Source: the human T2T-CHM13v2.0 reference genome, Homo sapiens. Taken from it: a stretch of DNA of 64,000 nucleotides. Location of the stretch: assembly GCF_009914755.1 (NCBI RefSeq), contig NC_060925.1. The stretch is one strand, 5' to 3'. The stretch's first letter is position 1, and each line of letters starts with the position of its first letter. The translations under genes were made by a program, and so were the position numbers. Of this stretch, positions 1-17,965 are shown in pieces. The notes below the pieces were generated by a model. The model searched no databases. It saw only the letters and a program-made list of their open reading frames with translations, and was not told the DNA's origin.

Positions 1-449
1 AATGGAGGCTGCTCAAAAGATTCCAAAAGGAACTATCCTCTATAATTTTGCTAAAAATGTAGGAAATATGTTAAAGTCACAGAGATGAGAAACTTGCTCT
101 AAGTCTTGCTTTTCCCATCAGAAAGCCCCCACTTTACACTTGGTTCATGGAACAATAATTGGCATTCTTGTTACTGGCTCCCAAGCAGTGATTTGTTGTG
201 GAGGTCTCTGAAGAATGGGGGAGAGAAAGGAGACCCTGGGGAAGAGGAGGGTCTTTGTGGAAAACCCATCAAGGCCTCAGAGAGCAAAGCTAAAGGATCA
301 CATCTTGGTGGGGAAGTCAACACTGTTGATTTCTGGGTGGCTATTTGGTTTGTACTGAATCTCCCATGGAGGGAGGCAGGACTGCAGAGTTTTGGGGAGC
401 CCCGGCCTCAGTAGGGCACAAGCGGATGTCCTCTGGCTCACTCCATCTC

Positions 450-625
450 CCTGTGACCTTGGGTAAACTATTTAGCCTCACGGGGCCTCAGATGCCCCCC
501 TGTGAAGTAGGAAAGGTGATAGCCCTCACCTCACAGAGTGTCAGGGAACTAACCCAGGTATTGTGTGGAAAGCTTCATAAAGTGCTTAACCCAGAGCCTG
601 GCACTTAAGTATTACTAAACAATTG
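450..625 (+). mobile_element. MIR SINE fragment
   Basis: ctgtgaccttgggtaaactatttagcctc...gcctcag core and aaagtgcttaacccagagcctggcac 3' part. Confidence 0.75.
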
Positions 626-1637
626 CAAAGCAGGTGAAAGAAAATGCAAGCAGGACGCTTTGTTGAAATACAGGACATCAGTGGCAAAATCCTCCTCAGT
701 CACGCAAATAAGACAGAATGCTGCAGAAAGGCATTCCGTAAATTCCAAAGAGCTTCCCAGCAGAGGTGACTGAGGGCCCAGGTGCACAGTACCCTGGAAA
801 GAAGAGTGGGAGATAACTAACCCAGGAGGGAGGGGAAGGCCAGGGATGGGAATGTGGCTTCTCCCCAGCTGCTTGCTGCCTCCTGGCTTGACTTGATGAG
901 GTTAGTTTGTTTGTAAACAGAATGCTCCAAATTGCAACTCTTTGCCAATCCTGTGCCCAAGTGGAAGAGCCTCTAATGAGCCAAAGCCTTAGTAATGACT
1001 GCAGTAAGCCCTGCTGGAGTGCATGGGGACTAGGACCAAGTGAGGAGGAGAGGTCATCAAGCTTTCAGTGGGGCTGGGGGCTTGGGGTTGAAGCCAGGAG
1101 TCACTAAAGGCCACCCAACGCCGAGGGAGAGAAAGACTTTGCCAGCCAGACCACTGCTTTTAGGGTTATGAAGTTTCCTTTGAAGCTCAGGAAGGATTTC
1201 TCCTCTTTGTCTTCTGAGGCAGGAGCTAACATGCCCTGGGTTTTCCCAACAAGTGAGGAAGGAAGGGCCGCTGCTGGGAAGTCAAAGGGAAACGCTTTCA
1301 TTAAGGAACCATCCCAGCCAGAGCTCCGGGAATGGAGTCCAGCCCAGTCCTTAGGAATATGCTTGGGTGGGATCATTCACACCAGAGGTGATGGTCAGGC
1401 AGGTGCACACCCAGGGTTTGCCTTCTGGTCTTCAAAGCAACACCACTGAAATCTAGAAGTAAGTTTCTGTAAGAGGTAAGGTGTTCCCAGGTGCGTGGGT
1501 CAGGTGGCCCTACAGCCCTGGGCAGCTGCACTATACTTGCTCTTCCCAATATGGATCATCCATCTACTGACCAGAACCAGAGATTTCAGGCTGGCTGGGA
1601 CTCACAGGGTTGACTCTGTGCCTTGAGGGCTCAACAC

Positions 1638-2054
<417 letters not shown>

Positions 2055-2248
2055 TGATTAGGCCTATCAGTTAAGGAATTCTTCCAGGAGCTTCAGTGTG
2101 TATCTGAGCCAGACCACATAATAGATGAGTAATTCTCTTTTAAAGCTTTGATTTCCCATGTATGAAATGGGGATAATAGTACGGGCTTTGCAAAAATGTT
2201 GGAAAGATTAAATGTAGTGTAAAATGTTAGCATTAAATAAATGTTACA

Positions 2249-2274
2249 GTGTGTGTGTGTGTGTGTGTGTGTGT
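2249..2274. repeat. (GT)n microsatellite
   Basis: About 13 perfect GT units. Confidence 0.95.
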
Positions 2275-2289
2275 ATACATATCCTATAT

Positions 2290-2790
2290 GTTAAAATGCG
2301 TTCAGTTGCAACTACTAGAAAATCTGCCCACATCCAACAAACTATATAGAAATGTATTCTAGCACTTAACAGGAAGTCCTGAGGCAGGGTGAGCCTCAGG
2401 GCTGGTTGACTCGGAAGCTCAGTGATGTCATCAAGGACACAGGTTCTTTCCATTTCTCTGCCCTGCCATCATCAAGCTGGTAGCCACAGGGCTTAAGCAG
2501 ATCTAGGAGTCACGTCCAGACTTGACCACATTCAGAAGGAAGAAAGACCTGTTCCTTCTATGGTTCACTCTTAGAAGTTAAGAAAGTTCCCTGGAAGTAT
2601 CCCATTGGAACTTCTCTAATGTCTCATTGGTCACATGTATCTCCCACGCCTGCACCAGAACCAGTCACTGGAAGAGGAAATGGGATTCCCTCAGACCAAT
2701 TCCCTCAGCCTCCCCTAGAGCCCCCACGAGATCGTCCTGGAAAGGGAAGGTGGACATCTCCGCATTGTTGGAATTCTGCTAGGAATGCAG
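2290..2790 (-). mobile_element. Old MaLR LTR (MLT1J/K/L-like)
   Basis: ttcagttgcaactactagaaa...gctcagtgatgtcatcaaggacacaggttctttcc...tctcattggtcac...accagtcactgg are typical MLT1 motifs. Confidence 0.65.
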
Positions 2791-4092
2791 AAGTGGGAGA
2801 AGATATCAGGTAGGCAATGGCGTACATCGCAGAGCCCAGGCTCGTTTCTCAATAGCTCCCCCATCGCACCATCTCCATCCATGCCAGGTTGCCTCCCCTT
2901 TCCAATTTTGGAAGCGTGTGTTCATGCTTTCTTTTCCAGGCATCTCGACTCCCACTAGTGGAATGAATGGGCAAGGCTGTGTGTTTCTAATGCTAACAGA
3001 TGGTTCTGTGTTCCAAGGCAGGCATGGCTCTTCCAACACTAAGAATGGATCTAGTTTTACACATCACATGCCTGGTTCAGGGAGATTTAGAATCATACAA
3101 ATTGTGCCAGGGCCGATGGATTCAAAGAGGCATGGCCAGCACATGTGGATGAAGTTAATGTCTGGGCTGGCCTTCCCAGAAAAGCGGCAGCCTTCTCTCC
3201 TTTCATTCTTTCATTCTTCATAGTAGTTGCCCATAGAGAGCACATTCGAGAAGGCTGTAGAAAACATTACAACCCCTTAATGCATTAATTGCTACCACTT
3301 CCCAAATACAGCCCACTGAGTTGTCCCACGCTAATTTCTCCTCTGTCCTGGACAGTGGCCACTCCTTTGCTCCTATCCAAATTTGCTTTGCCCATAGCCC
3401 ATTGCTGCAAGATACTGAAGGGAGAAGGTAAGCTGATGTGGTACACCAAGCTTCTCGCTATGGTAATGGCTACTGTGTCATCATTCCGGCAAAACCTATT
3501 TGGAATTCAAGCACTTTTTGTGTTTGGTTTGGTTTACCTGAAATCCATGTCTTAAGCCTCCACTGCCGATGTCCTTCCCATCACATCACACGTATAGCTT
3601 ACTAATCCTTCCAAGTCTAGCTCAGACACTGCCTCTTTCCTGAACACTTTGCTGGTTGCACGGCTAGGGAATTTTTGTTGTTGTTCTTCCTCCTGGAGCT
3701 CCCAGCCCCATTATTCTATTCCACTTTTGCTTCCTGCAATGTGCTTGACCTGATATTTTAGTTATTTATAAACTTGTATTTTCCCTCCTCTGGACAATTA
3801 GCTTCTGCAGAGGTGGCCAGTGGCCAGGGCTGATTGATATTAGCCTTCTACCCAGTGCCCAGCAGGGCATGGGCTGCAGGGCCGTAGAGGAGAGAATACT
3901 GTTCCAGAAAAAGGAATTCCAGATCCCTATTTGGCATCAGCCATGCTCTGGGCCTCAATTTTCTTTATCCATGAGATGAAAGGATCAGGTCAGATTTTCT
4001 CTAAAATTCTTTATGGTCAAATAGGCTTTTGATAAAGCATGGAGTAATTGATTTACTCAAGTGTGGGAGGAGGGAAAGGGGATTTGAGGTAA

Positions 4093-4093
<1 letters not shown>

Positions 4094-4132
<39 letters not shown>

Positions 4133-4152
4133 TATGTATGTGTGTGTGTGTG
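4094..4152. repeat. (TG)n microsatellite, interrupted
   Basis: About 19 TG units, gtatgta interruption, then more TG. Confidence 0.95.
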
Positions 4153-4319
4153 TTAAGTAGGAAGGAGGAAAGTGGCCAGCTTTCTTGTTGACACACCATA
4201 TAGGCATCCATGAAAGTCTTCAAAAATGAGTCTGGCTCTAGGAACTGTAGAGAGGCAGGTGTCAAACCCAACTCTCTTTCTCCTGAAAGAGGTGATGTAC
4301 AGGGTAGTCCTTAAAGGGA

Positions 4320-4570
4320 AGGGCTTTATGATTAAACAGAGGCAGGTTTAAATCCTGGCCCCATCAGTTAGAAAGTGTGATTTTGGACAAGCTATCTAAT
4401 CTTTCTAAGCCTCAATTTCCTTATCTGTAAAACTGGGATAATATGAGGATTTGATTCAATAAGACACATGGCTATGAGGATTAAATGAGATAATATATCT
4501 AAGGCACCCAGCACAAGGCCTGGCATACAGAAAGTGCTTCGCAGGTGTAATAATAATTATAATAATTATT
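4320..4570 (+). mobile_element. MIR SINE (near full length)
   Basis: ggtttaaatcctggc...gcctcaatttccttatctgtaaaactgggataat...aggattaaatgagataata...cctggcatacag. Confidence 0.85.
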
Positions 4571-7500
4571 AATGAAGATCTCGATAATTATAAGATGAAA
4601 ACAGTTAAACGTTAAGTCCCCAGAAAACGTTTGCGTGATCTGCATTCTCTTCTGATAATACAAAATACATTTAGAGGGAGGGAGGCCTTCCCACCCCCCT
4701 TTTCGCTATCCCATATTTTCTTTCCTCTTTTTCTTGACTTTTAAAAGAAAAAGAGCCCAATCATTCTTTTTAGCTTTTGAACACATTTTAGTTGTTTCCA
4801 TAGCAAGTTTTAGACCTGCTTTGCCTGTAGTTCTTACACACGTGTAAGCTGCTCCACCACCCCCGCACCCCTGCCTCCCCCACGAACCCCGTCCAGAAGT
4901 TTCAGGCTTCTCTGGAAGGTTTATGTGTCACTCTTCATTATAACGACTTCTAAGGACAAGCAGCCTGAGTCTGTACCTGTCCAGGTGATGGGAGATCGGC
5001 TGGGAAGATGCCCTCATTCTCTGGGAAGAAAGACGTCCTGTCTAAACCTTGGCAGGCGGCAGAGGAGAGATGATGCTCACAGACCGATGCCTTCTGCATC
5101 TCGCCTGCCAAGAATGAGTGGCATGTGAACAACGCTCCGCTCAGAAGTTCTGGGCAGGTGCCCAGGCCCAACTAGGATGGTCCCTGTGGCCCTGGAGGAA
5201 CCATGCCAAGAATCTGCACGCTGCCAAAAGCTTTCCTCCCTGGACGCCGTTCTGGCTGCCTAATTCTCCTGGCAAGCTGTTTCTAGATCATTCTTCTAAA
5301 CTTCCCCAGAAAACCCCCAGAAAAGGAATGGGAAAACCTGGAAATTGTGGGGAAGCATTTGAATCTTCTCCATGACACTGTTGAAGTGATTACCATTTAA
5401 AAAAAAAAAAAAAAACAAAACTAAAAATAGCTGCTTGGAGAAAATGACATGCTTGCCCCAAGTGGTCACATGGGGACCTGGCCGCAGAAGCTATGTCTCT
5501 GCTTCCTGCCTCTGGGGCCTGAGAGCACAGAGGTTCCCGACGCCCACCTGTTGACATAGACCCTCTCCAAGGGTCAGCCCCATAGGTTTCTTCGGGGGGT
5601 AAAACTCATCCTTCGCTGATGGAACCAGATGTAACGAACGGCTCATTTACAGTAATAAAAAAAAAATTCCTCTGGTCTCTGTGGTGATGCCAGGACTCCA
5701 AGGAGAAATGGTGGTTGTAGGACCCATTTGCCATGTAAATCACTCCTTGGGCCTCAAAGAATTGAGATTAGAGGGGAAACAGCCTGAAAGCCAATTTGCT
5801 TTCAATAATTTGAGACCCTGTGGGGTCGGGTACCTGCCTGGACGATAAGTAGTTTTAGCCTAAGGCAAACTGAGTGAAAATAGGTAAAAAAATCAGCGAG
5901 TTTTGGCAGCATGTGCTACTGAATGCAATTTTTTTAAGGTCCTGGAGAAAAATCTCTGTGTTTGGAGGTTACATCTGTGCATGGATAATGGCGTGTTTTT
6001 GTTTGTTATTACTGCATGTTCCAATGTCTCGGCCATTACTGAAATTATGGGAAATGGCTGGATGCTATTCAGTTTGAGGTTGTAAGTGAAAATGTTAAGG
6101 CTTTGTGCTTATGAGAATTGATATTTTTTCCCCTCATTATTTGTTCTCATGTTGCTATAAAGAGTACATTTTTGATGGGAAATCCGTGTAAGTTTATTTA
6201 TCTACTGTAGAAGCAAGGTTGTTCTCTTTGTTCCTGCCTTGCTATCTTCCTCTTTTCCTCCCTCCTTCCCTTTTTTTTTTTTTTTTTGGCTTGCCTTAAA
6301 ACCAGATGGAGGTAGGTTTACAGGCTGAACCTAAGACCCCAATGTGTCCTTGTCATAAAGCATAATTCAGGAAAATTCTGTCTTCTACTGAGATGTCTAG
6401 CTGTGCCCGCTTGAAGTCTTTAAAACCTCCATTTTCAAAACCTCCTGGTGCATGCACAATTAGAAGCGTTTAAAATTCCAATAAAATACACAGTCTAAAA
6501 ATGTCTTAGCTTTTAGCTACCAGGTTGTTCCTAACAGCAAATGTAAATGAATGGAGAGGCTGCTTCTTAGCTTTTGGAAATATGTCAATGTTATTGCACC
6601 TACCTGGGCGAGCATTTTCTTTTTAAGAGCTACAGTGAGTTTCACAAGATGTACAAAATACACACTTTACGTGCTATGTGGGATGGCCGCTACTCACAGG
6701 AGGAGGAGAATGTGCCAGATTTGTACATTCCTCGTATCCCTGCCAAGACTCCTGAGTGAAGGAAGTACTTGAGCCTGAAAGCGCTGTAGCCTTCAGCATT
6801 GGCTGTTAGCTCTTTAGAGACCAGAGGAGCCCTCTCAATGACATTTGTCTCACTTCATTTTCATGGACATGGTCACGTGAGGCAGATGGGCCCGCTGCAG
6901 CTGGAGGGCCTCTCCTCCTCATTTAAGATGGTACAATCCCTTCTCCACCCCTTGCCCCCTCTACTCAATTTTCTCAGGGAGCTGAATCACAGGAGTTGCC
7001 TCTACAATTAAGATTTGAAAAGAAGCCGCTCTGGCTGTGTTTTCATGCCCTTGGTGAGATGGGCCCAACTGTCTTCCCAAGTGTTTACTGGCTTCCTGCT
7101 GGACGGCCACCATGCCCTTATGCCCCTGAAAGGAAGGACCTGTCTAATTGAGGCCAGCATGAGCCAAAGTTTGCGGTAATTATCTCGGGGATGGAGCAGC
7201 TGGAGGAACATCACCTAATGAGGCCAGCATAGGTTCCAAGACAGCTCTCAGCATGGCCCCATAGTGGCAGGAGGGACTGCTCCCAGGGCCAGGAAACATT
7301 GCTTGGAACGACGGTTCCTAATTGTGATGCATCCAGAAGAAAGCATTGTTGCTCAGGGCATAACACCCCATGATTTTGAAATTTTTAAACTAGCTTTTGG
7401 TTTTATTTCTGTATACCTAGGCATACTTTTTAAAAGCCAAATAATCCCTGAGGCTTGACATGGAAAACACCAGCCTGTTAGGAAGTCCTCCTCCCCACTA

Positions 7501-7780
7501 TTCCACTGCTCCCCTAGAAAACCCCTTTCATTCTGAGCTATTGTTTCGTGTATGTACCGCCCTATTTCTAATACTCTGGTTTTGTTATTTTCTGGTTTTA
7601 TATGTCAACTTTAGATTTCCTACTGTGAAAGGTAAGGGTTTAGATCTTGTATTCTTCCTGCGCCCTCATACACAGGCACACACTTCTCCCCCACTTACTT
7701 CCACCAGTGTAATTGTGTCAGAATTTTTGTGAAATAATTATGTTGAGTTTCTGTTGATAAGACAGTATACATTTTACTAA

Positions 7781-8179
<399 letters not shown>

Positions 8180-8562
8180 AACTAGTTTTCTATTAATCTA
8201 TCAGCAGTTCATTCCCAAACTCTCCTCTGTAGTTATAAATCTGCTCCAGATTTATTTGAGCACATCAGGGAATCTCTTGTTTTTACTTTCCCTTCCTAAA
8301 TGCAGAACTCTTTCCTCCTTCTCCTCAACTCGGATAAGCAGTTCTCTATCTCTGTTCCTTAACCACTGTCCTGGGATTTTCCTTCAGTGTCATTCCAGGA
8401 ATTCCTTCATCTTTTTGCTCTGCGTTAGATCCCTTGTTTCCAGGATAGCATGTCTTCCCCTTGTCTTTGTTTATTGCCTGACTTTGGTGGACCACATCTT
8501 CCAGAACTTTCCTAGGGAAGGGTACCTGGGATGTAACTTTTATTTTGAGGCTCTGGATATAG

Positions 8563-9172
<610 letters not shown>

Positions 9173-9312
9173 GTTACCTTCATGCAATGTCTTTATTTCA
9201 TTGTTTAATCAATTTTCAGACCATAGCTCTTCTAGGATAAGGTTCTTAGTACCTCTACCCTCCTTCCCTTCATTATTTACGACTCTCCCAGCTTCAATGT
9301 TCTCTTCCCTTA

Positions 9313-9614
<302 letters not shown>

Positions 9615-9737
9615 GACACACACACACACCCACACCCCCACACACACTATTCTTTGACTTTATTTTTACTTTTCCCATAAAAAATATTTGTCTATAAACA
9701 TAATTAACTTTGCTTAGTATGTAGCTTAGCTTTATAA

Positions 9738-10031
<294 letters not shown>

Positions 10032-10375
10032 AAGACAGTCTACACTTGATTAACAACGGGGTCATGATTATACTTCCTGTCTTGCACATTATGACAAAGT
10101 TTACCTGATTTACATTTCCTTTTTTTTCTTTATCTGAATTTATGGTATTCTAATATTTTTTCTCAAACTGTCATATCACTTGATTCTCATTTATGTTTGG
10201 AGACCTTGTTCTGAGGATCTCTGTCCTCTTGTTCCCTGTGCTCTACCCTGAGTTGAGTGATGTCCCTGGGTCACCTGAACAGTCATGACTTCTATTTAAT
10301 ATTCTCCTTGGTGTAGTCACTGTTTCCTGAATCCCATGCATGTTTTTTTTTTCTCCTAATTTTCCTCCTTATTTA

Positions 10376-10742
<367 letters not shown>

Positions 10743-11035
10743 AAGATGTGGAGGTAAACTTTCTTAATCCTTGCAGGTGCAAAAAGACCTTTATTTTATC
10801 CTCAGAATTGATTGATAATTTGGCTGGGAATGAAATTCTAGGTCAAAACTCATTTTGATCATCTCAGAAAAAAAAAAAAAAAAAGAATGCTGGGAGTGAC
10901 TTGATGACAGTTAAATTTGCTTCTTTTCTGGTAACCTTTCATTTTTTCCTTTGGAACATTTTAGGATATTTTTCTTATCCTCAGTCATCTTCAATTTCAG
11001 AAGAGTTTGTCAAAGTGAGGATGTTATGGGAGATA

Positions 11036-11470
11036 TGGTTGATCCTTGAACAACATAGGTTGGAACTGTGTGGGTCCGCTTCTTCCACTTCTGTCACCCC
11101 CAAGACAGTGAGACCAACCTCTCCCCTTCTTTCTCATTCTCAGCCTACTCAATATGAAGACAGCAAGGATAAAGACCTTTATGATGACCCATTTCCATTT
11201 AATGAATAGTAAATATATTTTCTTTTCCTTTTGATTTTCTTAATAACACTTTCTTTTCTTCAGCTTACTTTATTGTAAAGGATACAATGCACAATATACA
11301 TAACACAAAATATGTGTTAATAGATATTTATGTTATCATTAATAAATGATAACATTCTGTTCAACAGTAAGTTATTAGTAGTTAAGTTTCCATGTATTCG
11401 AAACAATTCAGATTTTCCACTGCAAGGGGGTTTTGTGCTGCTAACCCTCGTGTTGTTCAAGGGTCAACTG
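11036..11470. mobile_element. Tigger2a (MER28) non-autonomous DNA transposon
   Basis: TIRs tggttgatccttgaacaaca / tgttgttcaagggtcaactg, TA on both sides, internal gatgacccatttccatttaatgaatagtaaata. Confidence 0.88.
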
Positions 11471-11474
11471 TATA

Positions 11475-12070
<596 letters not shown>

Positions 12071-12100
12071 TTTATTGTAATAGTCCCTTTAAACGTAGGC

Positions 12101-12380
12101 ACCAGGTGTGGTGGCTTAGTCCTGTAATCCCAGCACTTTAGGAGGCCGAGGTGGGAGGATCACTTGAGCCCAGGAGTTTGAGATCAGCCTGGCCAACATA
12201 GTGAGACCCTATCTCTACAAAAAAATTTAAAAATTAGCCGGGTGTGGTGGCGGGCACCTGTGGTCCCAGCAGATCACTTGAGCCCAGGAGGTTGAGGCTG
12301 CAGTGAGCCGTCATCATGCCACTGCACTCCAGCCTGGGCAACAAAGCAAGACCCTGTCTCAAAACAAAACAAAACACAAA
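12101..12380 (+). mobile_element. AluJ with an internal right-arm deletion
   Basis: J diagnostics; cccagc joins directly to agatcacttgag. Confidence 0.88.
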
Positions 12381-13194
12381 CTTGAGGTGCTATGATTTTC
12401 ATTTCTAATAGAAACTTTAATTATTCTTTATTTTCATCCCCTGCTTCTCCTCTCATCCCTGTTCTCTTCTTTCTCTGTGACTTTTGGCATATTTTCTCTG
12501 TTGCTTGTTTTCACCTTCATCTTTTTCTGAACTTTTTGTTTTACTTGCCGGATGATACTCTCAAATTTAACAACTAGCCTCAATATTACATTTTTTATTT
12601 TTTATTTTGGTAATAGTAGATTCAATTTCTAAGAGTTTTCTCTTATTCTCTGACTGTTCCATTGCTACAGTACCCCTTTCTTGTTTTATGGATAAAATGT
12701 AGTCTGGAATCTTTATTTTGTTTACATGTTATTTCCTGTTCCTAAACTCATGGTTTTTCCAAAGCCATATTTTTGTTTTGTTTTGTTTATGTTTCTTTTG
12801 TGTTTGAGACTTTCCTTCAATGCCAGGAAATCCTTGGTGGTCTGTTTATACTCAAGAATGAGTTGATGCGAAAGCAGATGGGGAATTATGTACATGTGGA
12901 TGGCAGGCTTTGCTTGATGGTGAACAGGTGGCACCAACCATTATGCTTGACTCCCCCAAAATGCCAGGATTTCTACATTTTTGCTCTAGGATGTCAACAT
13001 CCGTATCAGCTGTCTTTATTTTCTTCAGAGAGTTCATTGTATGTGTTTGACAAAGAACACTCCACTTTTTGCTTGATTGGATTTTGTTTTGGCTTTTATA
13101 TTTTGGTCTTGTCGGGTAAAGACTAGCTGTAGGGTGTTCTGTAGTTGAATTCTGTAGTTGAAGGTGGAGATCGGAGCCAGTGCTTCCACATACA

Positions 13195-13267
13195 GCCTGC
13201 CTGCCTGCCTGCCTGCCTTCCTGCCTTCCTGCCTTCCTTCCTTCCTTCCTTCCTTTCTTTCTTTCCT
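13195..13267. repeat. Compound (CCTG)n(CCTT)n(CTTT)n repeat at an Alu tail
   Basis: Read directly. Confidence 0.9.
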
Positions 13268-13572
<305 letters not shown>

Positions 13573-16500
13573 ACAACCTTTCAATTAATCTCCTTCTTTT
13601 AGGTGCACAGTTCACTCTCTTTCTGGACATGATCTTGCCCAGTCCCAAGTCTTTCCGGAGTTCTGGGAACACGGGGCTCTTGCTTGAGCTCAGTTCCTCC
13701 CATCTCGTTTGGCCACCATTGCCTGGGCCTCTTCCCTGCCACACTTCCCTGGGCGTTTTCATCGGTCACCACTACGTCATCTGATTTATATCTCATGGAA
13801 ATTTGCTGGAATCTCTGAGCTGCTGACAGCCTCCTTGTGGTGACTGTGGGTTTATGCTCATTTTATTTCCCTACCATCATTTTAAAGAGGAGAGCAAAAA
13901 TATAAATAAGTATGAGTCCATCGTGTTAGTCAAATACCATGATTTTTTTAAAAGCCTAATTTTAAAGGCTAGATTATAACAGGGAATGGAACTGTATTGT
14001 TTTACAAGATGCATATTTTTGTGTGATTTGCATATGGAACAACTCACAGACTCAACAGAGGAAAACCGATCTCTCTAATGATGAAAATATTATATATTCT
14101 GAAAACTGCTGGCCTAAAAATTTCTCTGCAGATTCAGAAAATGGTGATACCGACAGTCATACTAGTCATAACGCAACAGCAGGGAATTTTATATTTTCCC
14201 AGACTTTATAGTTTCTCAGAGCACTTTCACAAGCATTGTCTCACCCTACAGATGACCTGTTTCCTGGAAGCATTATTACCCCCATTTTTCAGCTAAAGAA
14301 ATAGAGGTTCCCAGAGACGAAGGACTTGCCAAAGGTTACACAACAAGCCTGTTGACTTTTTCTCTAGAGTGATGTCCATGTTATCACCACTCCAGTTTGC
14401 TGTTGGTTAATGGTTTGCACAGAATTCACTACCATGAATAGCTTAGCTTAAATGGGTGCCAACTATCTGGTAACTTTATACAGCCTGAAATCTTTGCTTC
14501 TCAGCTTAGTATCTCAGGAGCAATTTAATACCCCTTTATGGTAGAAGGGTTCCAGAAACAGTAAGAGTTGTCTCTGTGTGAACCAAGTCTACACCCTTTC
14601 ACTTGGCCTGCAACAAAGAACCATCTGCCCCCAGAACTTCCAACTTCATTGTGCCATCGAAATCTGTACTTTCAAAGCTGTGTGTTTATGGTTTCCTTTG
14701 CTTTATCACCTGACAAACAGTTCTTACATCTTGCATGTGATACAAGAGGTGTATCCATTTGTATGTTAATTGAACTAGGCCTGGGAAAAGATGGTATCAA
14801 CTAGGAGCCATGCATGAACCCATTGTTGTAATCCATGCCTGGAAAGAGACGATTTCACATTCCCATTGCTGATCCTCAAACCACCCAAATGCAACAACAG
14901 GCTTTTGACCTCACTTGGAGATAACCAAAATGATATCATCAAATATAGACATGCTTACTACACTCTTCCAAATAATTACTGGTATCAGCCCCATTTTTAT
15001 TTTTAAATAATTGTAATCTAATTGAATAACTAATGTATATTTCAGTGTGGGAAATTTGGAAAATACACAGAAAAAAAGAAAAGTCATAGGTAATAACATC
15101 AAGTAGAGATAAACCCTGCTAACATTGTCATACACACACACACACACGTGTGGGTGTATATTCTCAATTATATATGTGAATGTACCTACATTATAAAACT
15201 ATGTGAACAGTGTAGTCTCCATTCAGTTTGACTACTTATTGAGGTCACACTTTTAATGCAGTCTTATAAAAGTTTCACATGCTATACCGTCTTCATCTAC
15301 AACATCATTTATAAGGCATCCTAGAGTTTCATAGGGTGTTTACTAATTCTGTTTCCAGATTGTAGAAAAAAAAGACAAAGATGGGCATATGAGTGACCAA
15401 TGTAACATAATTTTGATGGTCTCAACTGTACTGTTAAAAAGACACTAAACTGGTAGTTTTGAACCATGCATTTTTTTTTCAGGACATAATCTATAAAATT
15501 TAGTGCCCCAGAAAGGCCATTTCTTAGCTGTTTTCCTCTTAAAATTCATTTTCTGAGAGCAAGCAATATGTTTCACTGCTTAGAAGCAATGAAAATGATC
15601 ACTTTGATATTTTCGTGACTGCCTGTCAGGAATTGGCTATATTTCCCATATTGATGTTGTAATTAAGTTAAGGAATTGGTTGAACTACTATTTACTGTGT
15701 CTCCAGCTCTCATGCTAGGCACTCTGGAAACGGATAAAACAAATCAGCAGGCAAAACATGATTCCTCTCATCATGGAATTTCTAGTCTAGTGAACAAATC
15801 AACAGTGATATCTAAGGACCAGTGTTCCCAAACTCTTAGCACCCAGAGAAAGTGGGCATATTTTTATAGCAGTTTGTGATAAATAGACAAGGTTATTGGA
15901 AGAATGAGGTAAGCTTCCTGGGCCTTTGGCCATCCCTCATCACACCTGTAACCATTCCTATCACACCAGCTGCCCCAGCAGAGCAGTGGAAGAGCTCCCC
16001 AGTAGTAAATTTTATTTTGGAGGGCAAGAAGGAATTATGGTTGTGGTATGACATTATGTAATTACTTGTGGAAAGGAAAAAAAATGGAAGGATGATAAAA
16101 TAACAAGAAAAGAGAATTTAATTCATTTATTTCCTGTTTTTTTGTTTAAGTTCTCTAATAAAGTTTTTGCCTTGCAGTACTTTTAAAAAATATTTTAATT
16201 TTAATTTTTGTGGGTACGTAGGAGGTGGATATATTTATGGGGTATGTGAGATATTTTGATACAGGCATGTAATGCACAATAACCATATATGGGTAAATGG
16301 GGCATCCATCATCTCAGACATTTATCCTTTGTGTTACAAACAATTCAATTATACTCTTTGAATTATTGTTAAATATACAATTAAATTATATTTGACTATA
16401 GTCATCCTGTTGTGCTAGCAAACAGTAGGTCTTATTCATTCTTTCAAGCCATTTTTTCTTTTTGGACTCATTAAGCATCCGTACCTCCCCCTGACCCTCC

Positions 16501-17645
16501 AACTACCCTTCTCAGCCTCTGGGAACCATCCTTCTACTCTTTACCTCCATGAGTTCAACTCTTTTGATTTTTAGATATTACAAATAAGTGAGAACATGCA
16601 ATGTTTGTCTTTCTGTGCCTGGCTTACTTTATTTAGCATAATGATTTCCATCCAGTTCCATCCAAGTTCTTGCAAATGACAGGATCTCATTCTTTTTATG
16701 GCTAACTCGTACTCCATTGTATATAAGTACCAAATTTTCTTTATCCACTCATCTATTGATGGACACTTAAGTTGCTTCCAAATTTTGGCTATTGTGAAGA
16801 TGGCTCCAACAAACACAGTAGTGCAGATATCTCTTTAACATAGAGATTTCCTTCCTTTTGGGTATGTACCTAGGAGTGGGATTGCTGGATTGTATAGTAG
16901 CTCTAATTTTAGTTTTTTGAGAAAACTCCAAACTATTCCCCATAGTGGTTGTACTAATTTATATTCCCATCAATAATGTACAAGGGTTCCCTTTTCTTCA
17001 TATCCTTGCCAGCATTTGTTATTGCTGGACTTTTGGATAAAAGCCATTTTAACTGGAGTGAGATGATATCTCATTGTAGTTTTGATTTGCATTTATCTGA
17101 TGATCAAGAATGTTGAGCATCTTTTCATATACCTGTTTGCCATTGGTAAGTTTTTTTAATTGAGAAATGTCTATTTAGATCTTTCGCCCACTTAAAAATC
17201 AGATTATTAGATATTTTTCCTACAGAGTTGTTTGAACTTCTTATAAAATCTAATTATGAATCCCTTGTCAGATGGGTAGTTTGTAAATATCGTCTCCCAA
17301 TATTTGGGAGTTGTCTTGTCACTTTGTTAATTGTTTCCTTTGCCGTGCAGAAGCTTTTTAATTTGATGTGTTCACATATGTCCATATTTGCTTTGGCTGC
17401 CTATGCTTGTGGGGTATCATTCAAGAAATTTTTGCCCAGATCAATGCTCTGGAGAGTTTCCCCCAATGTTTTCTTTTAGTAGTTTCACAGTATGAGGTTT
17501 AGATTTAAGTCTTTAATCATTTTGATTCCATTTTCGTATATGTTGAGAGATAGGGATCTAGTTTCATTCTTTCGCATTTGGATATCCAACTTTCCCAGCT
17601 TCATTTATGTCTTTTTCTCAGTGTATGTTATTGGCACCTTTGTCA

Positions 17646-17965
<320 letters not shown>

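Noticed and set aside
6551-6772. Short overlapping ORFs in unique sequence
   Set aside because: No recognisable homology or convincing splice boundaries; length is within chance.
10860-10885. catctcag plus poly-A as a tiny Alu remnant
   Set aside because: Too short, no TSD; ctcagaa may belong to the surrounding old LINE.
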